From assembly GCA_050012255.1 (NCBI GenBank), contig JBEKHN010000007.1, positions 32,001 through 96,000 on the forward strand: a DNA stretch of 64,000 nucleotides, given 5' to 3'. The notes beneath the pieces are model-generated. The model saw only the letters and a list, made by a program, of their open reading frames with translations, searched no databases and was not told where the DNA came from. This stretch comes from Candidatus Bathyarchaeia archaeon. Its GTDB lineage: Archaea > Thermoproteota > Bathyarchaeia > Bathyarchaeales > Bathycorpusculaceae. The translations under genes and the position numbers were made by a program. Below are positions 29,824 to 40,239 of this stretch, in pieces. Within the stretch, counting starts at the first letter, position 1; every line of letters starts with the position of its first letter.

Positions 29824-31011
29824 CTAGTCTTCTTCCTTGATTTTCTTTGCAAGAATCTTCCCATACTCGACTATCTTGTTGATGTCGGTTTCTGTCGGTG
29901 GACCATTGATCTCTAGTGTTCCAACGATTTCCATTTTTGTTGGTCCCAGCGTTTCCTGAATGTGTTTTATCGCCCCTCCGCTCCAGCCATACGAGGTGAG
30001 CACGACCGCAAACTTTGTCGGTGGACGAAGGACCCTTGCCAAGTACGTCGCGTACATAGCTAGCGGGTGAGCGCCGCCGAGCACTGTGGGGGCGCCTAGG
30101 ACAATTGCTCGAGAGTCAACCAAGTCTCTTGCCAATTCACCTATGTCTCCAACGGCCAAGTTGTGCTTTGCCACTTCTATTCCTTCAGAGGCTAAGGTAT
30201 CTTCAATCGCTTTGACCATTTTCTCTGTGCTGTTCCACATGGTCGCGTAGACTATGATCGTCTTCTGTCTGGTTTCTCCGTTCACCCATTTTCGGTAAGC
30301 AGACAGAATTCGTTCTGGGTTTCTGTGTATGGGCCCGTGGCTCGGTGCGATCATGTTGATCTCTAGGTCTTTGATTTTTTCCATGCCTTTTTGGGCGTTG
30401 AATCTGAAGGGCATCATGATTTCGCCGAAATACTTCTGGGCGAATACGAGTAGATCTTCTATTTCATCGTCGAACAGTCCCTGTGCGACGTGTGAACCGA
30501 AGAAGTCACATGGAAACAGGGTCTTGTTCTCTGGAAGGTAAGTGAACATTGTTTCGGGCCAGTGAAGCATCGGGGCCTCGATGAACCTCAGCGTCTTGCC
30601 ACCAAGATCCAGCGAATCTCCGTTTGCAACGGCCTTTATCCTGTTTTCAGGCACCTTGTAAAAGACGCGTGCCATCTTTGCCCCCTGACTCGTGGTAACG
30701 AGAATGGCCTTGCTGTTGATTGACATAATGTGCGGAATTGAGCCTGCGTGGTCAGGTTCGGCATGGTTCATTATAACGTAGTCGACGTCAGCAGGGTTCA
30801 CAACTTTGCTGATTTTTTCTTCCCATTCCTTTTCAAAACCCGGATTGACAGTGTCAATCACCGCCTTTTTTGCAGTTCCGATCACTAAATATGAATTGTA
30901 TGTTGTCCCTCTGGGAAGCGGAATCAACGCGTCGAAGAGTCTTCTGTTATAGTCTCTTATGCCTACCCAGTAGACTTCTTTAGAGATTTCAGCAACGTTT
31001 CTCCAACTCAT
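29824..31011 (-). CDS. fprA: Flavodiiron protein (A-type flavoprotein)
   Basis: GTTYNSYL, NHAEPDHAG, HWPE, CDFFG, PSHG, flavodoxin domain SYGWSG. Confidence 0.96.
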   Translation of the reverse strand: MSWRNVAEISKEVYWVGIRDYNRRLFDALIPLPRGTTYNSYLVIGTAKKAVIDTVNPGFEKEWEEKISKVVNPADVDYVIMNHAEPDHAGSIPHIMSINSKAILVTTSQGAKMARVFYKVPENRIKAVANGDSLDLGGKTLRFIEAPMLHWPETMFTYLPENKTLFPCDFFGSHVAQGLFDDEIEDLLVFAQKYFGEIMMPFRFNAQKGMEKIKDLEINMIAPSHGPIHRNPERILSAYRKWVNGETRQKTIIVYATMWNSTEKMVKAIEDTLASEGIEVAKHNLAVGDIGELARDLVDSRAIVLGAPTVLGGAHPLAMYATYLARVLRPPTKFAVVLTSYGWSGGAIKHIQETLGPTKMEIVGTLEINGPPTETDINKIVEYGKILAKKIKEED

Positions 31012-31092
31012 TTTTTCACCTTCAAGTGGATATGACGATTGTAATAAAGTATATTTATGCCTTTCTACAACTACTAGTCGGAAGCCTCGTCA

Positions 31093-31491
31093 ATGTCTGT
31101 TCCATGCGAAGTTGCCGTCAAATGCGTCTTGCCAGTAGTCCGCGCCATGATAGCCAAGGAGCTCATGGCCAACTACGGGCTTAGGCAGGTTGAAGCGGCC
31201 AAGCTCCTCGACGTCAGCCAGCCAGCCATAAGCTTGTACTGCAGAAACATCAGGGGAAAGGCCATCGATTTGGAGAATGACCGTGACGTTAAGCGTTTGG
31301 TGGCCAACATGTCCGCGTCATTAGTTAAGGAAAGTTCTTCGCATCGGGACTTGATCGTCATGTATTGTGGAGTGTGCAGGACGATCAGGGCAAAGGGTTT
31401 GCTGTGTAAGCTGCATAAGACCTTTGACCCGTTGGTCGACATTGAGAAATGTGAGCTTTGCGTGGCCAGCGAGTCTGTTAGGTGTGTCTAG
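31093..31491 (+). CDS. HTH transcriptional regulator with PCE motif and Cys-rich C-terminus
   Basis: PCE....LP..R..IA.EL....GL.Q..AA..L.VSQPAIS.Y; divergent from fprA. Confidence 0.88.
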   Translation: MSVPCEVAVKCVLPVVRAMIAKELMANYGLRQVEAAKLLDVSQPAISLYCRNIRGKAIDLENDRDVKRLVANMSASLVKESSSHRDLIVMYCGVCRTIRAKGLLCKLHKTFDPLVDIEKCELCVASESVRCV

Positions 31492-31555
31492 CGAAGCGCG
31501 CGCCATTTGAATGAACTGCAAATCTTATATGGCGATCCTTCTCAAGTTGTAAGCG

Positions 31556-33295
31556 ATGATTTCCATGTTGAAACGAGACGGCGCTTTGAAGAATTGGGTT
31601 GATATCCTACGTCATGTTGGTTTTGTCCTGCTTGCATTATCACTGGCAGTCTCTCTGATATTCTGTTTTTCATCAAGGTTTTCTGTTAGCGCGCAGACCG
31701 ATGAGGCCTTGGCAGTCATGTATTCGCCGGTTCTCCACTTCACGCAGAGCTAGAAATTCTATCCTACGACTGTTGATTAAATCATTTCTAGGTCTATGCT
31801 CGTACGCCATTCAGACATGGTCGTCATTAACAGCGCCCCTACAGCTGGCACTTTGGGGCTTGACACTTCCTCAGACCTGCTCCTGAATAACACGCTGGGA
31901 ACGCTGGATGCGATAGCAGCAGATTATGCTTTGGAAGCGAAAAACAGTGGGTACTACGCCTACGTTCATGTTGTCACCAGCGGCTCATCAAAAGTGATTC
32001 AGTACTGGCTGTTCTATGCTTACAACAACGGTCCTTTGAATGACCATCAGGGAGACATCGAAGTCATAGAATTGTTCTTGAATTCTAGCACCCCGCAGAC
32101 TTTGCTGTGTTCTCAGCACTTTGCCGGTGAGAACGCGGGTTGGGGTGACGTGGGAAAAGTAGACAATCATCCTGTGGTTTACGTTGCACAGGGTTCCCAT
32201 GCAAATTACTTCAGACCTTACCAAGGTAAGATAGGGCTTGAGAACGACAATGTAGGAGGTGATGGCATCACCGTAACCTTTAACGCATCTACACTTGTCA
32301 TGTTGCAAAACTAGGGCTGGCTGAATTTTGCTGGAAGATGGGGCTACTGGGGCACAGCAGAGGAGGTTGCCCTCGGAATGGCAGGTCCCTTAGGACCTGT
32401 TTTCAACCAGGACATGATCAGATGGGCTCAGCCTGATACCTACCTCGGCATGACTTTTGGTGTCGGTGGCCTCTACTTCATGCTTGCTTGGCTAGTCGCC
32501 AACTTCCTCTTGCTGTTCATCATCTACGTTGCAGTCAGAGGCGGATGGAAAACCTACGGCATAGTAAAACTGAAGAGAAAGGGTGGCCTGCTTGTGAAAA
32601 AGTTCTTGAAAAGCCGCGGTGGCCCTTCGATGATGCTGGGGATCGCCGCGATAGTGATAACTCTCATAGCGCTTTTCCTGCCATGGTACACAATAAGTGC
32701 ATCGTCGGACACGAGTCCTCTGGCTAAACAAGGCGGTGTAACGCTCATGACCATCAACGGAATCAGCGGCTTGCAGGTAAACATGTTCATCGGCAGCGGT
32801 GAATCAACGTCTGGCTTCAGAAACTTGTTCTCCGCACAATTTCCGTTCTTACTGATATTCCTAGCCGGCCTCGTTCTGTTAACCCTCGACATCATAGGCG
32901 TCAAGAGCTACAAGAAGCTCGGGAACAAATTTATCTTTGGAGCGATCACGTCGCTTTTTCCGTTCATACTGATCTTTGCTTTCATAAAGATTCTGCCGAC
33001 GTTCCTGCCTTGGGCTTCAGCCCTGGTGCCGGGTCAGCAAATTCCGCCACAAGTCGACACGACGGTTCATGCAGTAGCAGAAAATCCGATCTATGGAACA
33101 AACAGCCAAACCTTCCCAGTCGTCGGCTACACAACAGTGTCTTGGGGTTTCGGCATAGGAGCCTACCTCTTCCTAGTCGCGGGCTTCATAATGCGAAGCA
33201 CCTCTGAACTTCAAGCAACGCCTACACAACCGTCTCCGCCCCCAAAGTCTTCGTCACCTTCGCCTCCTCCTCCGCCCCCTCAGCCGAAGTCCTAA
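31556..33295 (+). pseudogene. Membrane-anchored Vps62/NPP1-like domain protein broken by three in-frame stops
   Basis: Single frame with TAG 31751, TAA 31778, TAG 32312; YSPVLHF...FYP, IQYWLFYAYN...HQGDIE, VYVAQGSHANYF, FAGRWG motifs; Pro-rich tail. Confidence 0.85.
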
Positions 33296-33378
33296 TCCAA
33301 AATGATCAATGTCGAAGGCCAGTTTCAGATAGAATTTTATCCTCCAAAAGAGTTTCCGAAGGTTAGAGTGACCGAAGA

Positions 33379-33936
33379 ATGAAGGTCGTGGGCATAGTTG
33401 GTAGTGCAAGGCTGGGAGGAAACACTGAGATTTTGACTCGTATAGCGCTGGAGGAAGTGCAGAAGGAGGGGCTTGAAACGGAACTAGTGAGCTTGGCAGG
33501 AAAGAAAATAGAGCCTTGTGATGGGTGCAGAAGTTGTTCGAAAACTGGCAAATGTCACATCAGAGACGATTTTGAATCCATCTTCAAAAAGATGAAAGAA
33601 GCCGATGGGATCATACTTGCCACTCCAGTCTACTTCGGTGCAGCCACGCCGCAAATAGTCAGCCTGATCAGCAGATTCTACAGTGCACGCGGAAAACCGT
33701 TGAAAAACAAGGTGGGCGGACCGATCGTTGTCGCCCGTCGAGCTGGGCACAATTTCACTCTTGCGCAGCTCATGTTCTTCTTCATGATCTCTGAAATGAT
33801 CGTTCCCGGCTCATCATATTGGACCGTGGCCTTTGGCCGCTCAAAGGGAGATGTTCTGAAAGACGAGGAAGGAATTAACACGGTCAAAGACTTTGGGCAA
33901 AGACTTGCTTGGCTGATAAAGAAGATCAATGCGTAG
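33379..33936 (+). CDS. Iron-sulfur flavoprotein (flavodoxin-like fold)
   Basis: GSAR..GNT, CDGCRSC....C...DD, TPVYFG. Confidence 0.93.
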   Translation: MKVVGIVGSARLGGNTEILTRIALEEVQKEGLETELVSLAGKKIEPCDGCRSCSKTGKCHIRDDFESIFKKMKEADGIILATPVYFGAATPQIVSLISRFYSARGKPLKNKVGGPIVVARRAGHNFTLAQLMFFFMISEMIVPGSSYWTVAFGRSKGDVLKDEEGINTVKDFGQRLAWLIKKINA

Positions 33937-34082
33937 AGTACGTTTCGGTCGCACTTTCGATCACAGATTGATGTGATGAGCAGTACATTGTTTCCGAGAT
34001 GTCGCCAATGTTATTCACATGTAAGAACGTCGAAGAAGCGCGTGCGTTGAGTTCTTGTCTCGAAATGGTCAATGCCGAGTTG

Positions 34083-35381
34083 TCATATCTCGCCGTGGAG
34101 CATGCCGAGCAGGCGGCTCAGCACCTTGTCGCCGTCGGCGCGTAGGCCGTCATGTTGGTATTCGCTGGTGACCCATAGTTTGATCCCTCGAATGTTTCGG
34201 GCAGTTTCTTCTGAAAGGGCGCGCTCAACGTACATGTCGTTGTAGTAAATAGCCGCTGCGCACGGAACAGTGTTCGATTGCAGTGTTGATTTGTCGTACA
34301 GGTGCGGCCAGCCGTCGTATGCCGCCAGAATCTTCGCAGCTTCTTTCAACGGGCGGAGGTACCTGTACTCATCGAGCATCCACGGGTACACCATCTCGCC
34401 CGTGAAGAACACAGGCTGACCAGGCGTGACCTCGAATTCCGGGTATTCCGAACGGACACGCTGGGCCGACCAATTCGACGCAACCCTTTCGCAGTAGATT
34501 GACTCGTGCAGGATCGCGTAGATCGGGTTTGTTTCAAACCAGAGAGAATTTTCGAAGCCGCGCAGGAAAGTGTAACTAATCTCTCGGCTGGTTGCGCCTT
34601 GCAGAAACGCGTCTTCAAGCAAATAGTGAACTCGCTCGAAACCGGTGCTAATCCCGAAGGCTATGCCGAGTTGTTGAAACCGTCTCGATGAGACGCGGTC
34701 ACCGTTGGGCAGGTTTACCTCGTGAGATGCTAAATGGTCGACGATTTCGCGGGTACGCTCAGCGTCATCGGGGTAACGCTCGTAGTAGAGCCTGTTCCTT
34801 TCGCTCACACATCGATAAGTAGCGCGGTAAACATCGTCTGGAGGTCGATTCAGAGGCGGTAAACCACCGGTTATTATCGCTTCTTTCAAGCCGTCTGGTG
34901 CAACGGACAAATAATGCGTTACGCAGAAGCCGCCGTAGCTTTGCCCCAGCACTGTCCAGCGCTTTTCCGCTCCGACTAACTTGCGTCGGATCAGTTCAGC
35001 GTCGCGGACCATGGAGTCGGCGCGGAAGTTTTTCAGGTAATCTGCCTGCATTCTAGGCGTGGCAAAGCGTGCCAACGTCTGGTAGTTGATGGGTGAGCTG
35101 CGACCCGTGCCGCGCTGGTCGAGTAGCAACACGCGATATTCTTGCAGTGCCCGTTTCAGCCAGCCACTCTTGTCTTCTGGGCGCGGCGCTGACGAGCCAG
35201 GACCGCCTTGAAAGAAGATTAGCCAGGGCTGATCCTGTTTTTCCTTGTCAGTTGCCACCACCTCACGCGCAAACACATTAATTATCTCACCCTCTGGCCG
35301 GGCGTAATCGAGTGGCACGTTGAATTCGTGGTCAACTAGTACCAAACCGGGCAAACGGTGAACACAAGCACTCACTCGCAT
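34083..35381 (-). CDS. pip: Proline iminopeptidase (alpha/beta hydrolase, large bacterial type)
   Basis: FQGGPG, LDQRGTG, GQSYGG nucleophile, DMYV, HDGLR. Confidence 0.9.
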   Translation of the reverse strand: MRVSACVHRLPGLVLVDHEFNVPLDYARPEGEIINVFAREVVATDKEKQDQPWLIFFQGGPGSSAPRPEDKSGWLKRALQEYRVLLLDQRGTGRSSPINYQTLARFATPRMQADYLKNFRADSMVRDAELIRRKLVGAEKRWTVLGQSYGGFCVTHYLSVAPDGLKEAIITGGLPPLNRPPDDVYRATYRCVSERNRLYYERYPDDAERTREIVDHLASHEVNLPNGDRVSSRRFQQLGIAFGISTGFERVHYLLEDAFLQGATSREISYTFLRGFENSLWFETNPIYAILHESIYCERVASNWSAQRVRSEYPEFEVTPGQPVFFTGEMVYPWMLDEYRYLRPLKEAAKILAAYDGWPHLYDKSTLQSNTVPCAAAIYYNDMYVERALSEETARNIRGIKLWVTSEYQHDGLRADGDKVLSRLLGMLHGEI

Positions 35382-35506
35382 ACCTCCCGCAGACCGCGAT
35401 CGGCTTAATGGTTACTAATGATCAGGATATAAAATCTGGCACAGAAGAGACGGCTGGTGGTTTCAGTACGAAGACTTAGATGTACCATGGAGTGAAATGT
35501 ACTACA

Positions 35507-35632
35507 GTGACACGGTTGGAACACGAGGCTGTAGTAACCAGGAAAGGTCAGACCACGATTCCAGCGCGACTCCGTGAGAAGTACAAGATTGAAGAGGGAA
35601 CGAGGCTTCAGGTCATCGAAACCTGTTTTTGA
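35507..35632 (+). pseudogene. Truncated AbrB/MazE/SpoVT-family antitoxin or regulator
   Basis: Own translation: VTRKGQTTIPARLREKYKIEEGTRLQV, ending after 41 aa. Confidence 0.75.
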
Positions 35633-35733
35633 ATATTGACAGTGTATTCATAATTGTTTAATCAGCTAGAAGCCTTCTAACATGTTGTTGATGATGCGTA
35701 TACGTGTAATGGTAAGTATGAGGGGTATCGTTC

Positions 35734-37515
35734 ATGGTTGAATCTGTGGTTCCGTCTGCAACTGAGATAGTCCTGGGTTCTGCCGAGATGGTAAAGTTGC
35801 GTGTTTTGCAAGTTGATGATGAGCCCAAGGCCAAAACATTGCTTGAAAACCTTCCGCAGAAAGTTTTCTTCAAGGATAGAAATTCGGTTTATATATTCTG
35901 CAATAAGAACTATGCTCAAGACCTAAAAATCAGGAGCGATGAGATTAAAGGCAAAACAGATTTTGATTTTTATCCTAAGGAGTTGGCCGAAAAATACAGA
36001 GCCGATGACAAGAGAATCTTGGAGTCAGGGAATACTGAGGGCACAGATGAGGAATATGTCCAGGATAAAAAAAGAGTGTATGTGCACACGGTCAAAACAC
36101 CTGTAAAAGATGAAAAGGGCAATGTTGTTGGCATACTGGGCACTTTCTGGGATATTACCGATCGAAAGCAGATGGAAGATGCTTTGCGAGAAAGCGAGGA
36201 AAACTACCGGAACATATCCAAAAAGATGTCTGGTTTGATGAAAAGCTCTGCCGTACTGCTCAGCTCAGCGGATCTCCACAAGCGACTCCAAACGATTCTA
36301 GAAGTTGTTTGCGAGCAGGGATGGAGAAGAGCAGTCATAACCTTGAAGGACGAAAACCTGGAAACGACAGATATTGTGGCAGCAGGATTGACCAAGGAAG
36401 AAGAAGAACATCTGAAGGGTCATCAGCCACCTGGCAAAGTGATGCGTAAGCGTTTGAGTTCTATGTTTGAACATTATCGCTTAGGCGAATTCTACTATCT
36501 GCCTTGGAGCGACCCGCTTGTTCAAGAGCAGTTCAAGTATGCAGTTCCGAGCAAGATGCAGAAAAAGGATGCTTTTGACTGGAACCCTGACGACCTGTTG
36601 TACATACCATTGCGACTGCCCGGCGGAAGAGTTGTGGGCATAATGAGTATGGATGATCCGCAAGATGGCCGGAGTCCGACGAGAGCGTCACTTGCTCCCC
36701 TTGAACTGTTTGCTCATCAAGCTGCCATAGCCATCGAAAATGGGAAACTGATACAACAGGTCAGGGAATACGCGCAGCACTTGCAGGAAAAGGTGGAGGA
36801 GCGAACCAAACAACTGAAGGAGGCTCAGCAGCAGCTTGTCAAGTCTGAGAGACTTGCTGCGATCGGCGAGTTAGCAGCCATGATTGGCCACGACCTGCGC
36901 AACCCGTTAACGGGCATCGCAGGTGCCGCTTACTACCTGAAGGCAAAATGCAGCCCGAAAATGGACGGCAAATTGAAAGAGATGTTCAAGGTTATCGAGA
37001 AGGATGTTGAATATTCGAACAAGATCATAAACGACCTCTTGGAATACTCAAGAGAGATAAAGCTTGAGTTGAATGAGAGCAACCCTGGATCAATGGTGAA
37101 GGAAGCCTTATCCGCTGTTAAGATTCCCAAAAGAGTTCGGGTAGCAGATCTAACAAGAGACAAGCCGGAGATAGAAGTTGACACAGACAAAATGAAGAGA
37201 GTGTTTGTGAACATGATCAGAAACGCTGTCGACGCCATGCCCAAGGGCGGCACACTGACGATAGAAAGCAGAGAATCAAACGGTGACTTGGAAATTGTTT
37301 TCTCAGACACAGGGGTTGGTATGTCTGAGAAAACTTTGAGAAATATTTACAGGCCCCTTTTCACCACCAAAGCGAAGGGAATGGGTTTCGGCTTGCCTAT
37401 CTGCAAGCGCTTCGTTGAGGCACATGGCGGCAAGATCCATGTCAGAAGCACTGTTGACAAAGGAAGCACGTTCATTGTAACGCTTCCCATTCAGCCTTGC
37501 CTTGAGGAAAGATAA
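35734..37515 (+). CDS. PAS-GAF sensor histidine kinase
   Basis: PAS (GKTDFDF...DITDRK), GAF, H-box GHDLRNPL, N-box NAVDAM, DTGVG, TTKAKGMGFGL; likely start 35788. Confidence 0.95.
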   Translation: MVESVVPSATEIVLGSAEMVKLRVLQVDDEPKAKTLLENLPQKVFFKDRNSVYIFCNKNYAQDLKIRSDEIKGKTDFDFYPKELAEKYRADDKRILESGNTEGTDEEYVQDKKRVYVHTVKTPVKDEKGNVVGILGTFWDITDRKQMEDALRESEENYRNISKKMSGLMKSSAVLLSSADLHKRLQTILEVVCEQGWRRAVITLKDENLETTDIVAAGLTKEEEEHLKGHQPPGKVMRKRLSSMFEHYRLGEFYYLPWSDPLVQEQFKYAVPSKMQKKDAFDWNPDDLLYIPLRLPGGRVVGIMSMDDPQDGRSPTRASLAPLELFAHQAAIAIENGKLIQQVREYAQHLQEKVEERTKQLKEAQQQLVKSERLAAIGELAAMIGHDLRNPLTGIAGAAYYLKAKCSPKMDGKLKEMFKVIEKDVEYSNKIINDLLEYSREIKLELNESNPGSMVKEALSAVKIPKRVRVADLTRDKPEIEVDTDKMKRVFVNMIRNAVDAMPKGGTLTIESRESNGDLEIVFSDTGVGMSEKTLRNIYRPLFTTKAKGMGFGLPICKRFVEAHGGKIHVRSTVDKGSTFIVTLPIQPCLEER

Positions 37516-37581
37516 AAAGTCTGGGCGAACATGCCTGAACACCTGTTATCGGCAGACAGTACATAAAAGTGGCACATTGAA

Positions 37582-37597
37582 GGTGCGGGGGATGGGG
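37582..37597 (-). other. 16-nt copy of the tRNA-Leu 3' end (att-like scar)
   Basis: GGTGCGGGGGATGGGG is the exact reverse complement of 5324-5339. Confidence 0.55.
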
Positions 37598-37678
37598 CCC
37601 CCACTCAAATTTGCCGACAAGCACGCGCAAAAAGTTTAAACATCTATCTGAATTAATGTTATTCTTGTGACGTCAATT

Positions 37679-38152
37679 ATGGTCGACGTTATAAAACTCC
37701 TAGAATACAACGAGACCGTGAGACAGAGATATTTCGAAACTCTCTCTAGGCTATCTTGGAAAGAACTCATCAAGAACAGGGAAGCGAGCTTTCACTCGAT
37801 TAGGAACATATTTGTCCACGTTCTAGGCGCGATAGACTACTGGCTGGATTTCCTGCAAAAGCAGAACCTCCATTCGAAGAAGGATTATGACAGATACGGA
37901 ACTTTTGAAGAAGTTAGATCTTACATGGAGCACGTTGAAGAACGAACGCATCAATACTCCAAGTCATTAACTGCACAAGGGCTAAAGAAAACTTATTCGG
38001 TCAAGAAAGGTGGCGGCACAACCCTCAGAATCACAGCCGAAGATGTCTTAATCCATCTGTTCGAAGAAGAAGTCCACCATCGAGGCGAATTGAATGCGCT
38101 TCTTTGGCAAATGGGCATTGATCCACCATCCATGGGGTGGAAGGGACTCTGA
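37679..38152 (+). CDS. DinB/YfiT family protein
   Basis: SIRNIFVH, HLFEEEVHHRGEL. Confidence 0.92.
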   Translation: MVDVIKLLEYNETVRQRYFETLSRLSWKELIKNREASFHSIRNIFVHVLGAIDYWLDFLQKQNLHSKKDYDRYGTFEEVRSYMEHVEERTHQYSKSLTAQGLKKTYSVKKGGGTTLRITAEDVLIHLFEEEVHHRGELNALLWQMGIDPPSMGWKGL

Positions 38153-38303
38153 ACGCGCCACTGAAGTCAAGGGTCAGTCCCTAGCCATCTACTCAGCTGC
38201 TTGCGTCCGCGTTGCGGTTCAAAAGTGTGAAGGATCGGTTTTCGCATTTAACCCCCTCACACTTCTTCGTTGAGCCAGATTAGGTTTCGCAGAGGCCCTC
38301 TGG

Positions 38304-38947
38304 TCATTTGACGGCCACTATCTTCCAGTAGTTCGGTTTGTCTTCTAGAGAAGTCACGTCCATTTTGGAAAAGAGACTCAGCAATCTGAGAGCTTCGCCC
38401 CTTGTAAAAAAGTGATGCAGTTCTCCAAAGCGTTTCTTTTCATAACCCTCCAAAATCCAAAAAGCATTCTTCTCCAGCATTCGACCTGTTCCATATCGCG
38501 GATCGTTTACTGAAGCCAAGTTTGCGACAAACCAACCATGCTGAGGATTCTATAGACTTCGCTTATGCTTTTTTACAATATCCTTCTTGAGCGCATGATG
38601 CATGACGCTGACACTGACAACAGCCTCTAGACAGCAATCATTTATTGGAATGTTGGTCATCGTTGCGCAAACAAGGGCTACATCTTCTGTCTCTCTCTTT
38701 GAACCCACCGCCTCGCCATTTTCAACGCGTTCTTCGAAATGTCCATACCGATAACTTCAAAACCACTGCTCGCAAGCAAGACGCAGTGTCTACCAACCCC
38801 AGAACCCAGGTCGAGGACTTTCTTGACTTCGTGTTTTGTCAAGTCAGGTACAGCATCTGCAATGAATTGAGCGGTCTTCTTCAGTCTTTTTGGCATTCGC
38901 TTTAAAGTTGAATAGTCTCTATCCCAGTTGGACCGCGTCTTGATCAA
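38304..38947 (-). pseudogene. Class I SAM-dependent methyltransferase with about three frameshifts
   Basis: VLDLGSGVGRH, then other frames give ATMTNIP...VMHH, SEVYRIL and GWFVANLAS. Confidence 0.85.
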
Positions 38948-39135
38948 TGTTTACTTCCGATTAAGCCCGCGCATGGTTTCTTTTCTAGGTAATCGTAATA
39001 TCTCTTTATGCCCTGGCGTTAACATAAATGAATTCAATGTTGAAGGTTTGGCAGCCTTACGGAATTTTTAATATTAGGTGACTGTCTACAAGTGGTAAGT
39101 ACAGAAAGAAATGTCTGGCAAGCGGATGAAGACAG

Positions 39136-40035
39136 ATGAGCTATCGTGAGCTTTTTGTTTCGCCTTCAAACATCTTTAGCGGTTTTCAAAAACCATTTGA
39201 CAAGGCAGACTATGCGATACTGGGAGTGCCGTTTGATGTCACTAGTACATACCGCACTGGAGCCAGGTTTGGACCCACCTCAATTCGGCAAGCGTCGCTT
39301 AACATAGAAACCTACAGTTTTCGCACGGGCGTGGATGTAGAAGACTTGAGTCTCCACGATCTGGGTGATTTGCAAGCGTCTTCTGACACAGCGAGAACCT
39401 TGGAAATGCTTGAGCTTGTCATTGGGGACATCCTGAAAACGGGGAAGGTTCCGGTAACGATTGGCGGGGAACACACCATAACCTTTGGCATAGCAAAAGG
39501 CTTTGCAAAAATGGCTTCCACAACAGCAATAGTAAGCTTCGACGCCCACCTTGATATGCGTGACGAGTTCTTGGGACTAAGAATGTCGCACACGACCTTC
39601 ATGCGCAGAATAAATGAGGAAGTGAGACCCGCAAAAATCGTCGAGGTCGGCACACGGGCAGTCTGCAGAGAAGAGCTAAGGTACGCAAGAAAGGCAGGAA
39701 TAGAGTTTTTGACGACGCAGCAGATCAGAAAAGAAGGAACCAAACGTACATTAGAACAGTTGAGGGAAACGCTGGCGAGTTACAAGAACGTCTACGTATC
39801 GGTCGACATGGACATTCTTGACCCGGCTTTCGTGCCTGCCGTACAGAACCCAGAGGCTGACGGTTTAGAAATGCGCTCTCTGCTTGACATTCTGGCAGGC
39901 GTATGTGATAAGCGTGTAGTCGGCTTTGATGTCCTAGAGATTGCGCCTGACTACGACCGAGGAATCTCTGCGATCCAGGCGGCAAAAGTCATTTTCGAAA
40001 TGCTTTGCCAAATAGAAAAGTCAAGGACAGCCTAG
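39136..40035 (+). CDS. speB: Agmatinase
   Basis: GVPFD, GARFGP, GGEH, DAHLD, SVDMDILDP. Confidence 0.95.
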   Translation: MSYRELFVSPSNIFSGFQKPFDKADYAILGVPFDVTSTYRTGARFGPTSIRQASLNIETYSFRTGVDVEDLSLHDLGDLQASSDTARTLEMLELVIGDILKTGKVPVTIGGEHTITFGIAKGFAKMASTTAIVSFDAHLDMRDEFLGLRMSHTTFMRRINEEVRPAKIVEVGTRAVCREELRYARKAGIEFLTTQQIRKEGTKRTLEQLRETLASYKNVYVSVDMDILDPAFVPAVQNPEADGLEMRSLLDILAGVCDKRVVGFDVLEIAPDYDRGISAIQAAKVIFEMLCQIEKSRTA

Positions 40036-40239
40036 TCGCAAATGAAAGAAGTCAAAGAGTGCCGCGACGGGAAGTCGGAGGATACGAAAGGAGACCTATG
40101 CCAAGAAGGATTATCCTCAAGAACTATTTGACAGAATACTTGAATATGAGCTTGCTTTGTGTAAGAAACTCGATGCCCTGACATTAGCAGAACACTTCTG
40201 GGAAGGAACACGCAAGCCAAGCCTTTCTAAATGGGCTCT

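Noticed and set aside
38223-38264. AAGTGTGA...TCACACTT inverted repeat containing TTCGCATTTAACCCC, as a fifth repeat copy
   Set aside because: Similarity to the repeat core is too short; it is more likely a hairpin between convergent genes.
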